64,000 bases of DNA from Macrostomum lignano. Taxonomy: Eukaryota. Under the pieces are notes generated by a model, which was not told the DNA's origin, ran no database searches, and worked only from the letters and a program-made list of their open reading frames with translations. The DNA is taken from the NCBI GenBank assembly GCA_002269645.1, contig NIVC01002420.1, positions 62,001 to 126,000 of the forward strand, written 5' to 3'. Positions 13,342 to 23,310 of the stretch are shown here, one piece after another. Each line of letters begins with the position of its first letter. Positions within the stretch are counted from its first letter, which is position 1. Made by a program: the position numbers and the translations under genes.

Positions 13342-14029
13342 TACAAAGCTGTAAAAGTAGTTTTGAAACTTAGACAAGATTTTTAATGCTGTATTGTCAC
13401 CACAAAGTCAAAGACAATATTCTTATATTCATGCAAAACTAAGGATGCAACGTTCTAAAATTTACCTTACGACTCGAAGTTAAATCAGCGCTATGTATAA
13501 TATTGTTGTAAAGCAGTCTAACAAAGTAACATTATCTAACATGACTAAGGCAACATTAAAATCCTGTTTTAATAGCAATAATTAAAGTCTTAGCTTTAAA
13601 ATATTCTTTATTTATTGCCAGGGTGTTCTCATTAGTAACATGTTTTACAAAGTTAAGGACGATTTTTAATTCCTCTTCCTCGATCACTCTAGACCCGAAC
13701 TCATGAGAAACAAAGCAAAAGGAAAATATACGCTTTTGCTACTGGACAGAGGGTAGCAAGTTAATAGATAGTGTTAAGTGAACCATTGAGGGTATATAGT
13801 ATTCTTGTGGGCTTCTAAGCTGCATGTATGTAAGTCTACATATACATGTATACATGTACATAAGGGGTCGGAAAACTCCAGCCCAGGCCGCGAAGCCTCT
13901 CTATTCGATGCCTGGTCCTTTGAAACTTCCCAATAGCGATCCGGTCTTCGCAAGGGCTTTTTATATTCTAAGCTCTCTTATCTTTTAATCTCGTCTTCTT
14001 CTCTTTGATCTCTCATCTCTCCTTTCTCC

Positions 14030-14200
14030 CTTCTCTCTATTCTCTCCTCTCCTCTCCTCTCCTCTCCTCTCCTCTCCTCTCCTCTCCTCTCCTCTCCTCT
14101 CCTCTCCTCTCCTCTCCTCTCCTCTCTCTCCTCTCTACTCCTCTCCTTTCCTCTCTCTCCTCTCTACTCCTCTCCTTTCCTATTTCATCTTTTAATACTC
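14030..14200. repeat. (CTCCT)n microsatellite
   Basis: Directly visible. Confidence 0.93.
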
Positions 14201-14699
14201 TCTATTCTCTATTCCAGCGATCTCCTCTCTCCGCTTCCTCATGGCCCTCAATCATGCGCTAGATTCTCTATCTGGCCCTTGAGATAAAAAAGTTTGCCGA
14301 CGCGAAATCTATATGTAGGCAATGATTGACTATTAAAACTAAAAAACAATGGAATGTAATTAAGTCATCTGTTTCTGCAAGATTAGGGCACCCTAATTTT
14401 CTACCAATCTTCGTACACCTGCAGGCCTATACCATGAAGCTTTTTCTCAAAATTAACAAATCAATTAATTACACGCAGAATAAAAACACCCGTTTAAATA
14501 TTTTTTTAGATATCAACATTTTGCATAACCACAGCCTTGCGAACTTCAACTGCATGAGCAGTTCCTATATTACAGTTTTGCCATTTACACGTAGTACACA
14601 TACGTAGTACTCTTTAGTAAAAAACAGCAGTGTTTCTGCATGCCGATCGAAAAGCTCAGCACGCGTGAAAAGCAAGCAAACAAGCAATTAAGGGCAATT

Positions 14700-15125
14700 C
14701 CCAATCAGGACACTGAAATAGGGCCAAATAAAGATCGAATACTAGCTCTCAGCTAATTATAAAGCAGGTGTAGTTCCTCACCCCTAATCAAATGCTTAGA
14801 CTGCAGCCTGGTGGGCCAATGAATCCTGCAGATCGAGAGACCGCGCAAGCACCAGACTCGTACTAGCTGATCACGAGTTAGCCGACTCTCGATGAAGTTC
14901 TAGCAGGGCAAATCAGGGAAACGGGATCTTCCATCGAAGCGCGAGGTGAAAAAAAACAGGTTGAGTTCCTAGCAGGCAAAAAACCAGCGGTTTAAATTGG
15001 AACCAACTGAGGCCTTCGATTTGTTATTGTGGAATACGTCGATCCTGATTGGCTGAGGTTGTTGCTACCCAGCCCCGAAATGCAGAGAGACCCTATCGTG
15101 CCCCGGGAAAGCCTCAAAAAGTAAC
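14700..15125. promoter_or_regulatory. Candidate bidirectional promoter between the divergent epoxide hydrolase (-) and ankyrin-TRPM (+) genes
   Basis: GC/CpG-enriched island with CCAAT boxes at 14701 and 14816 and a reverse box at 15048. Minus-strand donor-like gtgagg at 14781; plus-strand donor-like sites at 14946, 14960 and 15121. Both genes have an AG acceptor just before the ATG (13349-50; 17309-10). Confidence 0.35.
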
Positions 15126-15639
15126 AGCTAGGTGCGGCCATTATAATTATCCGATTTTGACACGGAATAATTTATGAGTTTAAGCAATGCCAAGTCCAAA
15201 TTGAATATGAAAATATGCATTAAGATCGCGGATGAAGAGGCCGGAGAGTGCAATGGAATAATCCCCAAGAAGATTGATTCCTCGAGAAGAAGCGGGCAAA
15301 GTTGTCAAAATATCACCATGGTTGTATAAATACGAACGATAAACTGTAGTGTTAGTCAAAAGCGAGAAAAAAGAGCCAGCCATTCTCCCAGACCATCTGG
15401 CCCTTGTAGACCCGCAGGTCCGCATGTCAGGTAGCATCTGCAGGTGATTTATGACCAGAAAAAGTATGATGGTATAGCTATAGATAGCAGAAGAAAAACG
15501 GAAGAAGAAAATGTCATTCCTACTGTTAGTAGTAAATGCACTATGCGGGAAAGAGCTCATGTACCAGAGCATCGCAAAATAATGAAAGCAAAACAGAGCA
15601 GCCGATTAGGGTTTTAGGCGTACGTATTGGTGCACGAAT

Positions 15640-15785
15640 TGACCTTGGGGTCGGGGGTCTAATGCCTCATGATGATTAGAAAGCCAGGGCCGCTGTTCAC
15701 CCTGTGTGAGCGTGTGCATGAGTGCTGTGCCTGCGTACAGTATCTGTGCTCCTGTCAGGTGTCACCGGAATAGGCAGAAATACAC
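15640..15785 (+). mobile_element. SINE-like repeat, 5'-truncated copy
   Basis: Contains gccagggccgctgttcaccctgtgtgagcgtgtg ... ggaataggcag, matching the core and tail of the other copies. Confidence 0.6.
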
Positions 15786-16324
15786 ATTTGTAAATTAAAA
15801 TTTCTTTCCGGACTGATTGTTCGAGAGCACGATTAAATTTATGATACAGATTTAAAATTCGTTTTCATCCAGCAGTCAATTATTGTCACATGCCGCAGAT
15901 ACTAAATACACTAGATGGTTCACTCAGTAATGTCCAGTGGCGTATGCGTATATTTGCTTTATTTTTCTTTATAACATAAAATATTTCGAGAAAATGACAG
16001 TTAGCTGCTCGTGTCACACGCAACTTTGCTGCTTTCAATTCTTTTATCTATGGCCAAACTTGGCAGTAGTGGATCAGGTGCTAGTTGAATAAATCTCTCT
16101 CTCTAGTTGCCATACCAACGGAGGACGTTAGCGACCACCGTCTTCCACAAAGCACGGTCCATTGAGGCTCGAAGTATTCCTAAGCTGTTCCTGTTCATCC
16201 ACTGAGACAGGTTTTTCAGAAAGATTCACTTCTCCTTCAATACGAGCGTGTTCCCAATCACTGACAGCTCTGCTCAATTCCTCACCTCCTCATAATACGG
16301 CCAAAGAACTCCAGCTGCCGTCCT

Positions 16325-16560
16325 TACTTCCATCCGAAGTAATCAAACTTCCTAAATACGAAATAGTTGAATTTGAAAACTTGCTTCACATGTTCGCCAT
16401 TTATATGATGATGTTGCACACGGGGGCTTCCTTCTGTTGTGGTAACAACTATATTCATTCTGTTTTCTTGCAGTTATACTTCGCTTAAATAGAATATATT
16501 TCTTAAATTCGACTCTGCCCTGAAGAGGACCAGAGTCTTATCCACGGATAGCCGGGGCAT
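16325..16560 (-). mobile_element. Degenerate LINE (RTE-like) reverse-transcriptase fragment
   Basis: Minus-strand translation across frameshifts gives NCKKTE..VV...HINGEHVKQVFKFNY.LGSLITSDG, matching the N.KKT...YLG..IT.DG region of non-LTR RTs. Confidence 0.5.
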
Positions 16561-17340
16561 ATAGCATATAGCATAGCAGCTGCACTTGCTCCAGGAAGGG
16601 ACACATCTTCGCTGCAACGGCTCATCACAGCTGTACGTCGGGAACGGATGTGGCGGTATAGACGGGCAGTCAGGAAAAGGGTTAGACTGTCCTAATCCAT
16701 CGGTCTGAGCCAATCGGCCGGGGCGGTTTTGCTGATTTGGCACAAAATCGTGCCATGCAGTCTTGTCATGGTTAAACCTCTCTTGGCTAAAACCTTAAAA
16801 CTTTCCAATACCAGTTCTGGGAGGTCTCCAATCTCTCGCGGAATCTTCTCAATGTACACGCTGAACTTTGCTTCCAATAGATACATGTATTACTGAGAGC
16901 TCGAATTAGTTCGGTAAATAATTGTTGCTCAACACTACTGGACAGAGAGTAGTTTTGCTAAATATAGTTGAGTGAACCAAAGAATCAAACTTCTCGTACA
17001 CAGCAACCGGAAACGTATTGTAATCGATTTTTTGTGCAGAGAAAAAGCTCACATCTGGGACATTAGGAAGCCAGACAGTCTAGACTAGAAACAGGATGCT
17101 CATTTCTAGAAAAGCTTGCTATCTAGGTTCGGATTCAAACGAAATAAAAAGTTAAACTGTTGTGAACCTAGATACATTTTTAGCTCTTTTTCCCTAATAG
17201 TTCTTAGTTCCAGAAGTGCGCTTCACTGAGCAGACGAACAAAATTGTTTTTAAACTTAGTTTTTAAACGTCTTCATATTTAACTACTGCAGTGATTTTCT
17301 TACTTCTTAGAGCAAATGTACAAAACATAGAGAATTATTC

Positions 17341-20300
17341 ATGGATTACTTAGAGGCGCTTCTGTCAAAAAAGTTAAAAAACTTATCTAATCTGATAAAG
17401 ACCGACGGTATTAGCCAGGTGAATCAGGCGCGGTACCAAGGCAACGGCCTTGTTCACGTGGCTGCCGCCAGCTCCGACCCGGAACTGACGCGGCTTGCCA
17501 TCCAGGCCGGGCTGGACCTGGAAGTGCGAAACGACGAGGACATGACGGCTGTTCACGTCGCGGTTGCTAGCGGCAATGCCGAAGTGCTGAAGCTGCTGCT
17601 GCAGGCCGCAGCGGACCCGAACGCTGTCTACGGCAGAACCGGCTGGGGTCCCCTGCACCTAGCAGTTCGTTCCGCCTCGACTGCCGCCTCCGTACAACTG
17701 GAGATGCTGCGCCTGCTGATGAAGAGCGGCGCCGATGCCAGTCTGACAGATGCGGACGGCAACACGCCGCTGCACCTGGCGGTGGAGGCCAACGCCGACA
17801 AGCGAGTCGTTGCTCAACTAGCTGACGCAATGGAGAATCGAGTCTCAATGAGAAACCTTCGCAGCCTGACGCCACTGGAATATGCAGCCATGAACGGCAA
17901 TCGAAAAGCGATTCAGCAGCTGGTGAAGCGAGGCGCAGTGCCGCAGATTCGACTGCTGAACCGGTTTGGCTATATTGCCTACGTTGAGGTGTTTCTGGAG
18001 ATCACCATCAACAAGTTGAGCACTGACTCTGTGGCCACTCTGCTCAGGCACCCGGATTTTCAGGCGCTGATTAACTACATTGTCTCCTACAAGATCAATG
18101 AACCCAATCGGCGCGATGCTCAGAGTGGTCAGTCGACAATTCTGAGCGATTTGGTTAATTCTCGGTACAGCGGTTTGGGCACCTTTAAGAGCCTGCTATT
18201 GAACAATATCAATACAAGATTCGCAAATTACCTATCTGACAATGCCAAGGCTAGAGCAGCCTGGGCTGACCTGGTTATAACCTACATCCTATTCAGAGAA
18301 TCCGTGTCCCTGATAAGGATGCTAATTGAGGACAAGCTTCTGTTCTTTCTAACTGACGCTGCAATCCAAGGCCAGCTGCACAATCTGTACAAAGGCAAGT
18401 TCAATCGCTGCCTACCAAGCTCTTTGTCTCAGAGCTTCGTAGCGGACGATGGAGCTAGTAAGCGGCAGATTGAGCAGATGTTGCGTCGTTGGCTGAAAAG
18501 CAAATCCGGTATCTGTTTGATGAAATTCGGATTCCCTAGCGAGGAAGCAGTCTCTATTGGTACTAGGCAGGTGTTTCGAGCGCCAGCCTTTAGCTTGATG
18601 ACCTGGGCGACTGCGTCCGGTCGCTATCACCTGTTGCCCTATCTTTTCATAGCCGAAGACACGGACAATATACCTCTCGGACTGTTCAGCATGGCGCTGC
18701 TCAATCGTCTTATGCAGGCGCGCAGCTCTGTCGGCACTCTATTCAGCCAGGATGCGGAGTACTATCGATTAGAGCTCGAAGTTCTCATACACTATCTCAT
18801 ATCCCGGATGTGGCACTTAGACAAGTCGCACGAGAAGTCCGACTCGGCGCTGTTCCAGCTGCAACAGCTGCCCGTGTATGGCGGGGCCAGCATGCTAGAC
18901 ATGACTATGCAAGTTCGATCATTGAAACTGCTCCAGTTTTCTAGCACTATCAGCGCTATGAGCCTACTGTGGTATCGCGGCCTGTCTTGGATGTCAAGCT
19001 CTCACCGGTTCCTGTTTATAGCTTCGTCATTAGGCCTCTGGTTTGTGCTGCTGATTCCGGTACTTGTGCCGACGTTGGAACGGCTGATTCCAGCGCGGTC
19101 GCCCGGCTTACAGTTCCTTAGAATCGGCCTCCTGCTGTGTCTGGCGTTCATCAATCTGCTGATCGGGCTGGGCCTAGCTGGGCGCTACACCCTTCGAAGA
19201 ATTGAGAAATTTCGACGAAAAGCATCAGCAGCCGAGAAGGAGCAACGACAAAAATTTGGCAGCCTCCTGCTCACTGGAGCGCCCGGCCAACGATGGCAGT
19301 TCGACGTCATGGCCGGGGACGCGCCGACGTCGAGCGCCGACTCCGTGCTGGAGTTTCTACGCACCCCAGCGGTGAAATACCTGGCCTTCTTGCTCACGTA
19401 CTTAGCCTATGTGCTATTAGGTTTATGGATTGGCATGCGAAACTTCCGGTACATCATTTCCGATGCAGAAATCGTCTATTGGATCTTCTTCTTCGGTTTT
19501 CTATTGGAGAACGGGCAGCAGTTTGTCCGCGCAAAATTATTTGGCAGTTGTTTCTATCGGCAGTCAATCTTCTGGGCCATAGTGTCGGTGCTTACCTACC
19601 TGTTGGGCTTGACAGCGTTTATCTGGCGAATGGTTTACCACACTGCTCACCAATTCGAAAACAGGACTGCGACTTCGTTTGAAGCGCGCGAAGTTGCCGA
19701 CTTAACTTTCCTGGGCGTTCGCTATCTATTCGTGCTGTCCCATTCGCTAATGTTTATGCAACTCTGGCGATTCTTGTCCTCGAGGCCGTGCATCGGGCTG
19801 TTAATCCGCATGATTGAAAAACTGATTAGATACTACTTGTGCCAGTTTGTGCTGCTCATGCTGCTGGTCATGATTCGAGGAGCGTTTATCTTTGGCAGTA
19901 TTTTGTATCCGCAGGTTAGTACTCTCGCAGCTAGTGAGACGATGCATCGAACAGAATTAATTAGTTTCCTTGTGCACTTAAATGGATTCTTCAGTATACG
20001 GTGATGCACTCATTTGCTAGCATGAATTTAAACTTGAAGTTTGAAAATTTAAATTGCGTATCAAGCACGATAAAACTCCTAATTCTTGTGTTCAAATAAA
20101 TGAAAGCAAAATTTGAAAAAAAAATCCTTTTCAGGGCTACGCAATGCACGCCAATAATGGCACGGTCACCCAGATGTCCCCTCCGATCTACTTTCTAAGA
20201 GTGTTCGTGCACTCGTACTACTCAATAATGGGTGAATTTCTGTCCGACTATCTGAGTGGATTCGAATGCCAAGGCGACTCCATCTGTCCGGCAACTTACC

Positions 20301-20749
20301 TGGGCAGCTTTTTGGTTACAGTATTTCACATGTCCGGGTACGCCTTCTACACCACTCTGCTGCTGCTTGGACTTCTCATCTCCTTGGTTACCATCATTGT
20401 TGACGAGCTCAACCGGAATCACATCGCTCACTGGCAGATTGCTCGGTACAACTTTGTGCAAGAGTTGAACTACTACTCTCTGCTTTATCCGCCATTCAAT
20501 GTGCTGCACATCTTAGTTGAATGGATCGGCATGGCGAACGACTGGAAAGCCGTTGCTCAACTGTACGACCTCGGCCAGGGTTTCTACAGCCAGTCCAGCC
20601 TGATCAACAACCTGCTCAGTCAGGCGTATGTTTTGGAGCGAGATCGAGATCGAATGCTAGCCGAGATCGAGCAACGGCGAGAGCACCGCAACAAAACCAA
20701 GATTGATACGGGAAACAGTGGACTGCATCGTTGGCGTTGCTGCTTCTAG
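17341..20749 (+). CDS. Ankyrin-repeat-containing TRPM-like cation channel (~1062 aa); exons 17341-19914 and 20135-20749
   Basis: Phase-0 intron 19915-20134 (CAG|gttagt ... tttcag|GGC) joins ORFs 17341 and 20144. About 5 ankyrin repeats (e.g. GNTPLHLAV) are followed by TRPM MHR3/4-like motifs (LIRMLIE...FLT..LHNLY; SLMTWATASGR), pre-S1 EFLRTPAVKY, six TM segments, a pore IMGE with two pore-loop cysteines, a TRP helix HWQIARYNFVQE, LLYPPFNVL and a short coiled coil. Confidence 0.88.
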
Positions 20750-20803
20750 GGGAACGCACTGTTGTCTAAAACCTAACACACAGGGAATTAATTTCCACCT
20801 ATA

Positions 20804-21865
20804 CTCAGCAACAGTCAAAAGTTCGACAACTTTTCACTCACAATTCAACCCTCAAGTTACGCAACTAAGCGGCCGGCGAGGAAGGGAAAGTTAATTGAAT
20901 CAATAATAAACGTCAGTCGCACAAAAAAAGTAGAAAGTGCGGCGACTCTGCGTGGCATTCCCAGGTTGACCCGGCGCAGAAAGTCCTGGGGAAGCTGCTG
21001 CCAAGCGTTTTCAATGGCAGGACGCAGCTACGCAACATTCTATGGTGGACTTTATGGTGGATCTCAAATTCTGCGTTTTACGAAGTCCCCGACATCCTGG
21101 ATGGGATTGGTGTCTGGGGACCCGGAAGTGCAGAGTGCACAGCTGTATAGCCTTTTTCAGTTGACTAACACCATCGGCTCGGTGAGGCGGCGCGTTGGCA
21201 TCCTAGACAAACTCCAAGTGACAATAAGCTTAGTATTGCTTTTGACAGCCAAGTTGATAATTAAGCCAACCAAGTTAAGAATCCGCCTTGCGCAGTCAGC
21301 GAGTATTCCCAACCCTTCCGTCGATTTAGCATCGACACTCTTAGCCATAGACATAAAAAAGGCCAACCAAGTTGAAAAAAAGCCAACCAAGTTTAGAATT
21401 CAGTGCTTTTTCCACGCCTATTTCTGGCTGCCACGTCTCGCAGCGAGTTACCGTTAGCGACTGCAGCGATCAGGCGCTGGCGATCTGAGAGAGACGTTGC
21501 TGCAGACATTCTCTGCTATGGTCGAAAAACACTGCTTATAGAATCTATGGTATATAGGAATAGACGTGGAAAAGCACTGAATTCTAAACTTGGTTGGCTT
21601 TTTATCAACTTGGGTTGGCTTTTTATCAACTTATTGGTTGGCCTTTTTATGTCTATGGCCAAGAGTGTCGATGCTAAATCAACGGAAGGGTTGTGAACAC
21701 TCTCTGACTGTGCAAGGCGGATTCTCAACTTGGTTGGCTTAATTATCAACTTGGCTGCCAAAAGCAATACTAAGCTCCAAGTGCCGTAAGTTGCGTCACT
21801 CGCAAACCCAATAAGTGAGAAAAATTAATCTCGCTTGGAGGGTGGAACTTTTGACTGTTGCTGAG
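20804..21865 (-). mobile_element. Tc1/mariner remnant, copy 2 (same family as 3250-3846), carrying a nested MITE
   Basis: Same TIRs (ctcagcaacagtcaaaagtt ... aacttttgactgttgctgag) and colinear internal sequence. Decayed catalytic motif SPDTNPIQDVGDFVKRRI on the minus strand. Confidence 0.88.
21231..21772. mobile_element. Foldback/MITE-like element, 542 bp, with ~190-bp inverted arms and a 4-bp AGCT target duplication
   Basis: Left arm tagtattgcttttgacagccaagttgataattaagccaacc... mirrors the right arm ...ggttggcttaattatcaacttggctgccaaaagcaatacta. AGCT flanks both sides (21227-30, 21773-76); copy 1 of the Tc1 has a single AGCT at this position. Confidence 0.85.
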
Positions 21866-23310
21866 CATTTATTATTTTTATCAACTGAAAGTCTGTTACT
21901 TGCTAAGTTACTTAGTTAATTCTTAGAATTCTCATAGACAAACTTTTGTTTTAACGAAGCCACGTTTATCACACCGGATGTCGTGCACCAACGAAAAACG
22001 AACGTACATGCATACAGCAATACCGTTCAGTAAAACAAAGTTGAATGTTCAAATTCTAATTTAAATCGGTATCAAATTTTTTTGAGTTGAAGTATACGCA
22101 ATGATAATAAAAAATTAAAGACTACGAATACATACGACCTGTACGCATATAGATTTTTCAAAAAGGCATTCAAAATCTAAGTTGGTCATGAAAATACATG
22201 TTGATCATATGCGAAGTATTTTAAAAGTAAAAATGACTCGGAAAAGAGCGACCACTGCATGGTAGGTTGGTGGGCCTAACATTAATATACCAGATTCATG
22301 AGAATTTTTAAATACATTCATAAGTTTTTTCATATGCGATTCTAATGATCTTCACAAGTTTGTTCAACTTTAACCAAATAAAAAAATAATAACAGATCAA
22401 CGTCCTTTCTCGGGAAGGTTGGGGAAAAAGTTTTTTTTTACCACATACCTTGAAAGTAGCCCATCAAAAGCATTTAAGAAAACTTGTTTTTTATACATGT
22501 ATTAATCAACTTAGCTGTGTTTGCCTTCAACTTATGGATCGCCAAAAACCCAAGATTCAGTTTGAGGAGCATGGCTATACTATATGGAATTGGCACGACT
22601 CCGGGTGTCTCCGTGGTCGAATGATGACAAATTAATTAATATATCGAAATTATCAACAAAAAAGCATCAGATGAAGAGAAAGAAAGTAATACAATGAATT
22701 TCTATACTTATCTAGTAGGATAATTAGATTTTCTTTTCAACAAAAAACTCAACATCATGCGATCCGACTAGAAAAGTTAATTTACTCGTGTAGTTTGCAG
22801 GAAGTGAAGCAAGTCACGCGTGTCAGCTAGCTACAATACGATTTCTAGCACACTGTAGTAAACCAAAATTAATACAATAAATATACTACTAGTATTACCA
22901 TCGAAGCACTTATCAAATATTAAAATATCACCGCTCATTTCTAGGAAAGTACTTTTTGTTCTTATAATTAAAACACATATATTCGTTGAACATATCTATA
23001 AAAAATCTATTCTAATCTTGGCTATAAAATGTGAATCTTGGCTAAAGTCAACATTATGGAACTAGTCCCACAAAGCTTGTAGCCAGGGCACGGAGACAAC
23101 ATGGCGCCTCCTTGCAGTAGCTAAAACTTTGTTTTAGTTGCTGCTAAAATTTAAATTCTTTTATAGCTCTTACATTAAATTTATACAACCAAAAACATCG
23201 AAGCCTATTAGCTTCTCTGAAAGCAACCCATTGCTGAAGTTTAGTAGCAACTGCAGTTAGTGACAAAAAGGGCAATTATTTGATAACAGAACTCATGGTT
23301 ATGGTCATAC

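Noticed and set aside
19915-20004. C-terminal 29 aa of the 887-aa ORF as the real protein end
   Set aside because: This is read-through into the intron; the phase-0 splice to 20135 restores the pore, S6 and TRP domain.
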